Assembly (NCBI GenBank): GCA_963665125.2
Contig: CAXXUK010000001.1
Coordinates: 960,001-1,024,000, forward strand
Direction of reading: 5' to 3'
Length of the DNA stretch: 64,000 nucleotides
DNA from: an uncultured Desulfarculus sp.
GTDB taxonomy: Bacteria; Desulfobacterota; Desulfarculia; Desulfarculales; Desulfarculaceae
The notes under the pieces are model-generated. The model was not told where the DNA came from, ran no database searches, and was given only the letters and a program-made list of their open reading frames with translations. Below are positions 1 to 9,352 of this stretch, piece after piece. Both the position numbers and the translations under genes were made by a program. Each line of letters begins with the position of its first letter. Position 1 is the stretch's first letter.

Positions 1-2
1 CC

Positions 3-233
3 CGCTCCGGCGCCTTCAACACCCTGGACAAGCCCATCAAGTTCATCAACGTTGAATTCGAAGGAGTGGCAACCATCCTGATGAGCTATCTGGTGATCGG
101 CGAACCGGAGATCGGCAAGCGCGTAGTGCCTATCTTCAAAACCGTCAACCCCACCTACACAATCCTCGACCTGGCCTTTGTCGAGGATGGCACCAGCGCA
201 GATCAACTGCCGCAGGATTATACGTTCGGCTAA
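3..233 (+). CDS. 3' end of a probable Zn-ribbon/OB-fold (DUF35-like) protein, truncated by the window edge
   Basis: Own translation of frame 3: RSGAFNTLDKPIKFINVEFEGVATILMSYLVIGEPEIGKRVVPIFKTVNPTYTILDLAF...YTFG*, TAA at 231-233; resembles the OB-fold half of thiolase-associated DUF35 proteins. Confidence 0.6.
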   Translation, partial: RSGAFNTLDKPIKFINVEFEGVATILMSYLVIGEPEIGKRVVPIFKTVNPTYTILDLAFVEDGTSADQLPQDYTFG

Positions 234-243
234 GATTTTTTAT

Positions 244-426
244 CTTGGGGGGCTTTTTGAAAAAAGCCCCCCAAGCCCCCAAAAAACTTCGCCGCTTATC
301 GTTTGCCGGCTGCGCCGCCAAACGATAAGCGGTCATTTTTTCCGGCGTTGCGCGATTGATTTGGCCAAAGGCCAAATCAATCGCGCACGCGGTTTTCTTT
401 TTGGAAGGGGGTATGGGGGAAACCTT
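244..426. repeat. Cluster of three long inverted repeats (REP/MITE-like element or bidirectional terminator)
   Basis: Perfect stems at 244-275 (15 bp), 292-332 (14 bp) and 349-387 (18 bp), followed by GAAGGGGGTATGGGGGAAACCTT; lies between convergent genes. Confidence 0.7.
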
Positions 427-433
427 CAGAAAA

Positions 434-2101
434 TCAAAACTCAATGGCCGCCCCGGCGGTAAGGGCGTGTTGGTTGTAAGCGTTGGCAAGTTGGCCTTCG
501 TACCGGCCATAGAAGACAAAGCCGCCCTGGGTTTTGGCCGATATTTCCAGGCTGGGGGCAAAGGCTTGCCGGTCATCGTTGTCGCCGTCAACCGTAAAAC
601 TACCGCCTTGGCCGGATAGCGAGGCCTCGATGCCGCGGTCATCAAGCGGGGCGTTGTACTGATAGACCAGGGTCAGTTCGGGGCGCAGGACGAGGCCTTG
701 ATCAAGGGTGAAGACGCGGCTGAAGCGCAGTTCCAGGCGGCCGATGAGGCTTGATGCGTCAATGTCTTCGACTTTGAGGTTGAGACTGCCGGCCCCGGTT
801 TCCGTGAAGCCGTCCTGGTGCAGATTGACGAGGTTCAGCGTTACGGCGGGGCGCAGCCACCACTCTTGCCATTGGTATTTCAGGCCCGCTCCGAGTTGAC
901 CGGCAAAGGTGTGGCCGTCGGGTGAGCCTTTGGCCGTGCGGTCGACGTCTTCAAAACGGATCACCCGGTTGGCGTCCGCCCGGCGAAGTCCGGCCAGGGC
1001 GGCGCCTTCAAAAAACCAGCCTTCGGCGGAGTACAGGGCCTCAAAGCCCAGATCGAGGTTCTCAACGTCGCCGTCGCCCTTGCCCCGTGCCCAGTCGAAG
1101 TTGGTGCGGCCGTAGAAAAGATTCAGGCCCATGATGGTGTTGGCCCCGGCAAGCCAGTCGCAGCCACCGGCCACGCCAGCGGTGTCATACCCGAATCCGA
1201 CCCTTTCGGCTGTGTCCTCGAAATCGCCCTTTGCTCCCAAAACCTTGAGCCAGGGAATGAAGCCTTCCCGGTCTTGGATCTGGCCCGATGACCGGCAAAG
1301 GCCGAGTTCCCTGCGGTGGGCGGCCATGCTGTCCAGGGCCAACAGGCTTTGTTGAATGGTTATGCTGGTCAGGCTGTCATAGGCCTCGGGGCTGATGGTG
1401 CGCAGGCTTTGGACAAGAGCGCTGGTTTCCTGGAGGTTGAGGTTGGACAGCACAAAGTCGAAATCGCTGTACCTGTCCGGGGTGGCCAGGGAATCGACAT
1501 AAGCGGCCATGTCACCGGCGTTGCCGCTGGTTACATATGGACTATAACTCAATGCCGGGCCGATAAAGGGTCTGTCGGCGCGGTAGCCGCTGAGGGGGAT
1601 GTACTCCATCAAGAGCACCTGCTGGCCCCCGCCTTGGCCCCAGCCGTTGATCTCACCCGCCGTGCCGGTGCGCATGGTCACGCCGCCGGGGACCCTTACG
1701 GCTATGAAGTAGTCGGGCGTCGAGGGAAGAGCGAACTTGTCGCGGACCTGTTCCGGGGTCATGCCGCGGACGCTGTCGGCGGACATTATCCAGCCGCCCA
1801 CGCCTCCGCCGCGCAGGCGTGATCCATCCAATTCATAAAAACGCACGTAATAGGTGACTTGAGTGGTGCGCACCTCATAAACATTGGAGCCCTGTTCAAA
1901 GGGCAGGGTGGTGGGGGTTGCCCGGCCCTGATCAATCAACTCCTGATTGACAAAGGCCGTGCTGTAAATGCCCAAGAGCTGACCAGGAGGCAGGATGATT
2001 TGGTCGGCTTGACCGGCGCCGGATGGCGCGGGGATTAATAAAAGGGCAACGATAAGGGCAGCCGTTACGGCTGCCCGGATGGATGCATGAAGGCTTTTCA
2101 T
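434..2101 (-). CDS. Autotransporter outer-membrane beta-barrel protein
   Basis: Signal peptide, about 200-aa passenger, linker helix (LRTISPEAYDSL), about 280-aa amphipathic beta-strand region ending in terminal Phe (AGAAIEF). Confidence 0.85.
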   Translation of the reverse strand: MKSLHASIRAAVTAALIVALLLIPAPSGAGQADQIILPPGQLLGIYSTAFVNQELIDQGRATPTTLPFEQGSNVYEVRTTQVTYYVRFYELDGSRLRGGGVGGWIMSADSVRGMTPEQVRDKFALPSTPDYFIAVRVPGGVTMRTGTAGEINGWGQGGGQQVLLMEYIPLSGYRADRPFIGPALSYSPYVTSGNAGDMAAYVDSLATPDRYSDFDFVLSNLNLQETSALVQSLRTISPEAYDSLTSITIQQSLLALDSMAAHRRELGLCRSSGQIQDREGFIPWLKVLGAKGDFEDTAERVGFGYDTAGVAGGCDWLAGANTIMGLNLFYGRTNFDWARGKGDGDVENLDLGFEALYSAEGWFFEGAALAGLRRADANRVIRFEDVDRTAKGSPDGHTFAGQLGAGLKYQWQEWWLRPAVTLNLVNLHQDGFTETGAGSLNLKVEDIDASSLIGRLELRFSRVFTLDQGLVLRPELTLVYQYNAPLDDRGIEASLSGQGGSFTVDGDNDDRQAFAPSLEISAKTQGGFVFYGRYEGQLANAYNQHALTAGAAIEF

Positions 2102-2149
2102 ATAGCGGTGTTCCCGATCAGCAAACCTATGAAAACCGATTCGACAACA

Positions 2150-3424
2150 TCAGCTGAAATAGTTTTTGGGCACCACGGTAATGCCCCTGGGCGTGACGGT
2201 GAAGCGCTTGCGGTCCTCCTTGGGATTGACGCCTATTTCGGTGCCCTCGGGCAAGGTGTTTTGCTTGTCGATAATGGCCTTTTTAACGGTGCAGCGGCGA
2301 CCGATTATGACGTCGTCCAAGATGACGCTTTCATCGACATCGGCCCAGGATTCAACGATGACATTGGATGACAACACGCTGTTGCGCACAATGGCACCGC
2401 TGATGATGCAGCCCGAGCCCACCAGGGAGTCCAGGGCCTTGCCCGCCCTGGGCGTCGAACTGCGTTCGTCCTGGAACACGAACTTGGCCGGGGGGAACTG
2501 CCGCCTGTGGGTCCGCAGGGACCAGGTGGTGCCGTAGAGGCTGAAGTATGGCTCCACGCCGCACAGATCCATGTTGGCGTTCCAATAGGCGTCCAGATTT
2601 CCCACGTCCCGCCAATAGCCGCTGTCGCGGGTGCGCTCTTCCATTACGCGATGGCGTCGGCCCTCATCGTCGTACACATAGGCATAGTCGGAGATTATGT
2701 TGTTTGCCCGGTACGGATAGGCCACCACCTTGTATTTGCCCAGGAGCGTAGGAATGATGTCATGGCCGAAATCCGTTCCCTCGGCGTTTTCCAGGATGTC
2801 CATCAACACTTCCTTGCGGAACATGTAGATGCCCATGCTGGCCAGGGAATGGTTCGGGTCTCCGGGGATGCAACAAGGATCTTTGGGCTTTTCATGGAAC
2901 GCCTGGATGGTGAACTCCGGATCGACTTCGACCACGCCGAATTCCCGGGCCATTTGGCGGTCCACCTCGATCACGCTGATGCTCACATCGGCGTCTTTTT
3001 CGTCGTGGTATTCGCGGAACAGGGCGTAATTCATCTTGTAGACGTGGTCGCCGCTGAGGATGAGCACCGCTTCCAGATTGTGGTCGCGCTCGAGAAGGTA
3101 GGCGTTTTGACGCACCGAATCGGCGGTGCCCTGATACCACTGGTCGCCCGAGCGCATCTGGGGCGGTACGATGCGCAGATAGTGACCCAGGTCATAGTTG
3201 AATATGTTCCACCCGGCTTCCAGGTGGTCCACCAAAGACTGGCTTTTATACTGCGGCAAGACCATGATTTTGTATATGCCGCTGTTGATGACGTTGCTCA
3301 GGGTGATATCTATCAGCCGATAGATGCCGCCAAAGGGAACCGACGGTTTGGAACGGTCGTCGGTGAGTGGGGCCAGGCGCTGGCCCTTGCCTCCTGCCAT
3401 GATAACGGCAAGTACGTCTTTCAA
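2150..3424 (-). CDS. glgC: Glucose-1-phosphate adenylyltransferase
   Basis: MAGGKGQRLAPLT...RSKPSVPFGG, WYQGTADSV, ILSGDHVYKMNY, FHEKP, YWRDVG; TTG start at 3424 behind GGAGGA. Confidence 0.95.
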   Translation of the reverse strand: MKDVLAVIMAGGKGQRLAPLTDDRSKPSVPFGGIYRLIDITLSNVINSGIYKIMVLPQYKSQSLVDHLEAGWNIFNYDLGHYLRIVPPQMRSGDQWYQGTADSVRQNAYLLERDHNLEAVLILSGDHVYKMNYALFREYHDEKDADVSISVIEVDRQMAREFGVVEVDPEFTIQAFHEKPKDPCCIPGDPNHSLASMGIYMFRKEVLMDILENAEGTDFGHDIIPTLLGKYKVVAYPYRANNIISDYAYVYDDEGRRHRVMEERTRDSGYWRDVGNLDAYWNANMDLCGVEPYFSLYGTTWSLRTHRRQFPPAKFVFQDERSSTPRAGKALDSLVGSGCIISGAIVRNSVLSSNVIVESWADVDESVILDDVIIGRRCTVKKAIIDKQNTLPEGTEIGVNPKEDRKRFTVTPRGITVVPKNYFS

Positions 3425-3596
3425 AGTGAATCCTCCGGACAGCGGGAGAGCTTGTGGATGTTGAATTATGTGCGCTGTCAACCGCAACAGCCATTAACTG
3501 TATTTGACCATTGTTGGGCCGCACTTGCAATCCAATGCTGCATGACATCAAAATGTAATGATCGTAAAATCGGGGTTTCATAAAAAGGGGTGGCTG

Positions 3597-3914
3597 ATGA
3601 AGGCGAAGACGAGCGGGGATCTGGATCGGAGTATCGAAAAACTGCGCAGCGACGCTCTGCTTTCGCTGTTGAACAACGAGACAGACCTGGACCGTTTCAA
3701 GCGGGCGGTGGAGGCAGCCTTTGGCCTGGAGGCCAACGAGGTCATCGAGACAAACCGCAGAAGCGGTTTTTATCCGCCCCTGCGCCGGCCGGCCGAGGGC
3801 AGCGATCTGGCTATTCTTTGGACGCAAATGCTCCGGGATCAGGCCCTGGCCCACCTGGAGAGCGAAGACCCGTTGATTTTCTGCCTGGAGCTTTCCAAGC
3901 GAATGGCGCGCTAG
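3597..3914 (+). CDS. Hypothetical protein
   Basis: 105-aa ORF with host-like codon use filling the gap between glgC and the AI-2E gene. Confidence 0.55.
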   Translation: MKAKTSGDLDRSIEKLRSDALLSLLNNETDLDRFKRAVEAAFGLEANEVIETNRRSGFYPPLRRPAEGSDLAILWTQMLRDQALAHLESEDPLIFCLELSKRMAR

Positions 3915-5038
3915 GCGTCCGGAGGCGTCTGTCGCTCCGGTTCCGGCGCTTCCTGGGGCGGAGCGGCCGGTTCCTGGAAGTAATTTTCATATATCTCCAG
4001 CAAGGAGATGAATACCGCCAGAATCAACGGGCCGAGGATCAGGCCCACCATGCCGAAGACGCTTAGTCCGCCCAGGATGCTGAAAAAAGTCAGCAGGGGG
4101 TGGATGTCCGTGCCGCCCACCAATCTTGGACGAAGGAGGTTGTCGCATATCAGCTGGGCCGCGCCGCACCAGATCATGACCCCGGCTGCCTGCCAGGTAT
4201 GGCCGGTCAGGATAAGATACACGCCGGCCGGAATGAACAACAGCGCCGTGCCCACCAGGGGCACCACCGAGGCAAAGACCATCACCGTGCCCCAGAACAG
4301 GGCGTGGGGTACGCCGAAGACGAAAAAGCCAAGCCCGCCAAAGGTGCCCTGGATGATGGCCAGGACCACGGTGCCGCGCAGGGTGGTGCGCAGGGTTTCC
4401 AGGATGTCGTCGCGGATATGGGCGGTGGTTTCGGCGGGCAGCGGCGAAAGCTGGATGATCCGCCGGGCCATGCGCTGGCCATCCATGAGCAAAAAGAACG
4501 TCACGAACATCATCAAGGCGAAACCGATGGCCATGTTTGTGGCGCCGCGCACCAGTCCCGACAGGTTAAGGTAGAGCAGGTTGCTGATATATTTTAGGAA
4601 ATCGGCGGCGTGGCCCAGGAGGTCGGCCCGCTTGAGTCCTGTGAGGTGCTCTATCCTATCGAAATACGGGCTCAGGCTGCCCAGGCCTTTTTCAACTATG
4701 TCTTGCAGCTTGTCCCCGGCCACCATGTAGGTGACTGTGTTGTACAGCTCCAGGGCTTGCGAGGTGATGACGCCTGTGATGAAAATGGCCGGTATCACGA
4801 TTATCAGCAGGAACAGGGTGCACGCCGCGGCCGAGGCCAGGCCCCGTTTGCCGCGCATCAGCTTGAGCAGATAATCGTAGACCGGACCTCCCACCACCAC
4901 CAGGACGATGGCCAGGAAAATCGGCGTCAGATAGGGCTGGACCAGCAGATAGGCCCAATAGAGCATGAATAAAAAGCAGGCCATGAAGAACCAGCGGCTG
5001 GTGTTGCTGCCGAACGAGCCTTTGGGGTCGTTGATCAT
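3911..5038 (-). CDS. AI-2E family transporter
   Basis: Multiple TM helices; DNLLRPRLVG, IHPLLTFFSILGGLSVFGMVGLILGP; start overlaps the upstream stop (ATGA). Confidence 0.9.
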   Translation of the reverse strand: MINDPKGSFGSNTSRWFFMACFLFMLYWAYLLVQPYLTPIFLAIVLVVVGGPVYDYLLKLMRGKRGLASAAACTLFLLIIVIPAIFITGVITSQALELYNTVTYMVAGDKLQDIVEKGLGSLSPYFDRIEHLTGLKRADLLGHAADFLKYISNLLYLNLSGLVRGATNMAIGFALMMFVTFFLLMDGQRMARRIIQLSPLPAETTAHIRDDILETLRTTLRGTVVLAIIQGTFGGLGFFVFGVPHALFWGTVMVFASVVPLVGTALLFIPAGVYLILTGHTWQAAGVMIWCGAAQLICDNLLRPRLVGGTDIHPLLTFFSILGGLSVFGMVGLILGPLILAVFISLLEIYENYFQEPAAPPQEAPEPERQTPPDA

Positions 5039-5868
5039 TTTGCGGCCTCCGCTGTTTGCCACTGGGGCGGCAGGAGCTTGGCGTGCAGGGTGGAATCGAG
5101 ATTGCCGCGGGCCTTTTGGACGGAGTTTTCGCTTATATCCGCGATCGCCACGCCCGGTCCGGCCGGACAGCGGGCCAGGATGCGTCCCCAGGGGTCGATG
5201 ATCATGGCCTGGCCAAAGCTTTCCCTGTTGCCGCCGTGAAGGCCCCACTGTGCCGCGGCCAACATGAAACAGGCGTTTTCCACGGCCCTGGTTCGGACCA
5301 GCAATTCCCAGTGGGCCTGGCCGGTGACCCGGGTAAAGGCGCTGGGAGCGGTGAGGATTTCCGCTCCGGCCAGGCGCAGGCGGCGGTACAACTCGGCGAA
5401 GCGCAAGTCATAGCAGATGCTCAGGCCGATCAGGCCCAAGGGCGTTTGTACCAGCCCAAGCTCCCGCCCCGGTTCCACGAATTTCGACTCCATCAACGAC
5501 GGCCGCTCGGGCAGATTCAGGTCGAAAAGATGAATCTTGCGGTACACGGCGGCAAGCGCGCCGTCGGGGTTCAACACCGGGCAGGTGTTGTGCACCTTGC
5601 CCGGAACAGCGCTCTTTTCGGCAAACGACCCGCCCACAATCCACAGACCCAGTTTTTGGGCCAATCCCCCCAAAAAGGCCACCGTGGGGCCGTCGAGGCC
5701 CTCGGGCTCGGCCGGGGCCAGACCCTCGGCCTGCATATAGGCGAAATGCTCGGGAAGCACCGCCAGCTTGGCGCCAGCCTCGGCGGTACCGTGGACAAGC
5801 TCGGAGGCCTGGTTTAGGTTGGCCCTGCGGTCCTGGTTCGAGTTCATCTGAATGACAGCGGCTTTCAT
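5035..5868 (-). CDS. Carbon-nitrogen hydrolase (Nit1/deaminated glutathione amidase-like)
   Basis: Glu-Lys-Cys triad motifs LPEH, YRKIHLFD, ICYDLRF; HWELLVRTRAVEN. Confidence 0.92.
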   Translation of the reverse strand: MKAAVIQMNSNQDRRANLNQASELVHGTAEAGAKLAVLPEHFAYMQAEGLAPAEPEGLDGPTVAFLGGLAQKLGLWIVGGSFAEKSAVPGKVHNTCPVLNPDGALAAVYRKIHLFDLNLPERPSLMESKFVEPGRELGLVQTPLGLIGLSICYDLRFAELYRRLRLAGAEILTAPSAFTRVTGQAHWELLVRTRAVENACFMLAAAQWGLHGGNRESFGQAMIIDPWGRILARCPAGPGVAIADISENSVQKARGNLDSTLHAKLLPPQWQTAEAAK

Positions 5869-6006
5869 TGACGCTCCGCGTTAAGTGCGTATTAGAGGCA
5901 GTATATTAGCCATTGCCGTGCCGAAAAAGCCCGAAGCTTGCATTATTGCTCTGGCAAGGCCCTTATGATAGCATGTGCCTGCCGGATTGGGGGCGAAAGG
6001 GGCCTT

Positions 6007-6831
6007 ATGAAAAGCACTGCCAATACCGACATCGACAGCCTGATCAAGCAAGCCAAGCTTAACGAGCAGATATTGCAGCGCTTGGACAAGGTGGAGGAGT
6101 TTCTTCTCCGCCCAATGCCTCTCGATGATTTCCTTACCGGGATATGCGAAAAAATCGCCGATATATACAACCTGGAAGCCGTGTCGCTGGCCTTGTCGCC
6201 CGAGCATGAAGGATTGGTCAGGGCCCTGGAAGGACGCCGCCCGCCGACTGGTTGTTTCATGTGCCCCCGTAATGAACTCCGTCTGTTGGTCGCCGACCTG
6301 GAAAGACCTTTGTTGACCAACCGGGTCAGCGCGGATGCCCTGGACTTTTTGTTTGGCCGCAACATCGGCCTGGCGTCCATCGCGGTTTTGCCGCTGTGGG
6401 CCAGGGGCATGTGGCTGGGTTCGCTGAATATGGGCTCGGCCCAGGACAGCCGTTATCACAAGGGCCTGGAGACCCATTTCATCGACAAACTCGCGCGCAA
6501 GATAAGCGTGAGCCTGGAGTCGGCCCTGGTGCATGAGCAAAACCGGCTCATGGAGCGGCGCGAGGCCGTTATGGAAATGGCCGGGGCGGCCTGTCACGAA
6601 CTGGCCCAGCCCTTGACCTCGTTGATAATCAAGATGGAGACAATGCTGCGCGAGCTGCCGACGGGCGATCCGCTACGCGGCCAGATGGAGGACCTGCGCG
6701 ACGAAATGGAGCGCGTTGGACAGATGGTCCAGAACATCAGCGAAGTAAAGGAATACGTAACTCGGCCTTACGCCCAGGGTATGAAAATCATTGATTTACA
6801 GGCCGCCACGGCGGCGGCTGACGAGGGCTGA
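6007..6831 (+). CDS. DUF484/GAF protein with a C-terminal HisKA-like H-box and no ATPase domain
   Basis: SIAVLPL...LGSLNMGS...RY GAF-like core; MAGAACHELAQPL H-box; protein ends about 75 aa later. Confidence 0.75.
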   Translation: MKSTANTDIDSLIKQAKLNEQILQRLDKVEEFLLRPMPLDDFLTGICEKIADIYNLEAVSLALSPEHEGLVRALEGRRPPTGCFMCPRNELRLLVADLERPLLTNRVSADALDFLFGRNIGLASIAVLPLWARGMWLGSLNMGSAQDSRYHKGLETHFIDKLARKISVSLESALVHEQNRLMERREAVMEMAGAACHELAQPLTSLIIKMETMLRELPTGDPLRGQMEDLRDEMERVGQMVQNISEVKEYVTRPYAQGMKIIDLQAATAAADEG

Positions 6832-6855
6832 GCAACCCAGCGACGGAGGACGGTA

Positions 6856-7278
6856 ATGAGCGACGAACACTGTGTTTTCTGTGACATTGTCGAGAGGAAA
6901 ATCCCGGCTTATGTCATTTATGAAGATGAGCGAACCATGGCCTTCGCCGACATCAACCCAGCCACTCCGGGTCATACGCTGGTTATCGTCAAGCAACACC
7001 ACGAAACCGTGTACAGCCTGACCCCCGGTGACGTGGCGGCGGTCAACCAGACAGTGCTCAAGGTGGCCAAGGCCATAAAAACCACGCTCAAGCCCGAGGG
7101 CATCATGATCGCCCAGCTCAACGGCCTGGCGGCCGGGCAGGTGATCATGCACTACCATGTGCATCTGATTCCCCGCAACAGCGGCGATGGGCTTGATGAA
7201 AAATTGACCTGGGAGATGAAGCCCGGGGACATGGGCCAGATCGAAAAGACCGCAGCGAAGATCGCCGAAGTGCTCTAG
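6856..7278 (+). CDS. HIT family nucleotide hydrolase
   Basis: CVFCDIV, AFADINPATPGHTLVI, AGQVIMHYHVHLIPR. Confidence 0.95.
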   Translation: MSDEHCVFCDIVERKIPAYVIYEDERTMAFADINPATPGHTLVIVKQHHETVYSLTPGDVAAVNQTVLKVAKAIKTTLKPEGIMIAQLNGLAAGQVIMHYHVHLIPRNSGDGLDEKLTWEMKPGDMGQIEKTAAKIAEVL

Positions 7279-7364
7279 GCGCACGCAATAAACACAACAA
7301 TCAAATCAATGACAAGGCCCGGCATCAGCGAATCAAATGGTGCCGGGCCTTTCGCATACCGGGA

Positions 7365-8384
7365 TTATGGCAGGGGATAGCCGTATTGGGCCAAGGGCAG
7401 GCTTCGTTCCTCAACAAGCTTGGCATTGCCCTCCCTGAACGGGTCGGCCAGGCGCCTTCGCAGTTCTTTGCCGGGATATGAGACCAGAATCGGTTCTTGT
7501 TCGCGCGTATACCGCAGCACCTGGAAGACGTATTTGTCCAGGGCATGTTGCAGGCGCGGCCTCCGGCTGTAATGCGCGTGCCTGAGCCGCCAGATCCTTT
7601 CGCTTTTAAGCATGCCGGCAACCAGGCTGTCGCCCAGACGGCGGATGTCCGTGCGCGGCTCGGTATAGTAGCCGTCCTTGGCGCTGGCCGTTTTGTTGTC
7701 GTGAAAGTTGCTTAATTTGTCACGGACGTATTCGTCGGGCACCGCCAAGGCCAGGGCCAGATCGTGGATGGCCTTTTCTCCGCCGGAAAACAGATCCTCA
7801 AACACGATAGCCGTCACGTTTTCATTGCCGAAAAGTTGCGTCAAGTGCGCCAGGCGCGCCTGGTAGTCGTACATGGGCAGGATGCAGTCATGGGGCCGGC
7901 TCAATTGATATTCGGCAAATTTTGCAAAGGTGTTTTGGTGGGGGTATTTGACATACTCGTAATTGGCCTGGACGTAATGGGACAAAAGGGCCTTGGGCTG
8001 GTTTCTGATAATCACCAGAATATGCGCGTCATAACCCTCGAGCAATTTATGGAGCCGCTTGGCGCTGAGAGCCGCGTTGCGGTCAAAGGACAGCACGTGT
8101 TGGGTTTGGCACAGACATTCATCCGAGAGTATGGCCGGCAGGCCGGGTTTGGCTGCAAAGCCCTCCTGGAGTCTTTGGCGCAACCTGTCCAGGCTTCCGG
8201 AAAAATCAGTGGCCATACTGATCAGGGCCGAGGAAATGTCGGTATATGGATAATAATCCCGGGCGCTCCCCAAGAAATTGCGCTTGCCCTCCTTATCCAA
8301 TGACAGGAAAAGACCGCCTTGCAGCGTGGATGATCCGGCCTTGGGATAACCAATGTGAACCAATAATTGGGGGGGCGATGTCAT
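7365..8384 (-). CDS. Sulfotransferase-like P-loop protein
   Basis: N-terminal HIGYPKAGSSTLQ (5'-PSB-like), ILSDE, ILVIIRNQ...LLSHY; start MTSPPQ inferred. Confidence 0.7.
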   Translation of the reverse strand: MTSPPQLLVHIGYPKAGSSTLQGGLFLSLDKEGKRNFLGSARDYYPYTDISSALISMATDFSGSLDRLRQRLQEGFAAKPGLPAILSDECLCQTQHVLSFDRNAALSAKRLHKLLEGYDAHILVIIRNQPKALLSHYVQANYEYVKYPHQNTFAKFAEYQLSRPHDCILPMYDYQARLAHLTQLFGNENVTAIVFEDLFSGGEKAIHDLALALAVPDEYVRDKLSNFHDNKTASAKDGYYTEPRTDIRRLGDSLVAGMLKSERIWRLRHAHYSRRPRLQHALDKYVFQVLRYTREQEPILVSYPGKELRRRLADPFREGNAKLVEERSLPLAQYGYPLP

Positions 8385-8756
8385 GTTCTGTGATCCTGAT
8401 TGCCGACGCCGTTTGGAAAGGCAAGGCGTATTAGGCGATGGAGACGAAGTGCTTACCAACCGGTATTATGCGGCAGCTGCTATGACTCCTTGGTTGTTGG
8501 TGAATTGGCGGCTTGGTGGAAAAAGTGACGTCCCCGGCCGCTATTTTTTATTTATTCACTTGTGAATGTTAATTAAACAAATCGTAAAAGGTAATCCACC
8601 TGTTTTCAGTGCGGCATAGTAAACCACTATAATATTCCAGTCAATCTCCCGGGGAATGTTCGGAATGCCGCCGGTTCCGGTGAATCACCAACATGCGGTT
8701 GAAAAAGGCCGGGGGAATCCCGGCCCTTCTACTGGTCATGCTCGTAATTTCGGCAA

Positions 8757-9200
8757 TCAGTCTTTTTTTATCTCCTCGCTGGCCTTGGCCAGGGTTTCGC
8801 TGAGATCGGCAAGGGCTTCGGCAAGTTCTTGTTTGGCCTGTTTGTAGGTGTCTTCGCCGGCATCCTGCAGGGCCTTGAGCTTTTCGGAGGCCACGGCCTG
8901 CTTTTGTTGCAGTTCGATGATCACCTGCCGGGCTTGTTGGTGTCCCTCCCTGGCCTTTTCCTTGGCCTGGTCCATGAATTCATCAACCTGGCCCTGCATC
9001 TGTTTATACTGCTCGTCGAACTTGGCCATGATCTCTTCATGTTGCTGCTTGGTGTATTTGATGGCCGTGTCCACCGCTTCGGAGGCCTGCTTTTTTACGT
9101 CTTCCAGGGTGACTTTGTCTTCATCGCCGCCATTGCAGCCGCTGACAACGAGAATCGCCAACAGACCCAGGCACAGGATAAATATCAGGCGTATTTTCAT
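8757..9200 (-). CDS. Coiled-coil lipoprotein
   Basis: Lipobox VVSGC followed by an amphipathic helical E/K/Q/A-rich body; GGGGAG RBS. Confidence 0.75.
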   Translation of the reverse strand: MKIRLIFILCLGLLAILVVSGCNGGDEDKVTLEDVKKQASEAVDTAIKYTKQQHEEIMAKFDEQYKQMQGQVDEFMDQAKEKAREGHQQARQVIIELQQKQAVASEKLKALQDAGEDTYKQAKQELAEALADLSETLAKASEEIKKD

Positions 9201-9352
9201 GTCCGGTCATCTCCCCTTTGGTTTGGTCAAAAGACTCGCTCGGGTGAATTGTCTCTAATAATGACAGCACATACCGTTGGATGGTAACTTTTCGGTAATA
9301 AAAAACCGGCGCCGTGCGGCGCCGGTGATTGTTAAGCCATATTAACGACCGG

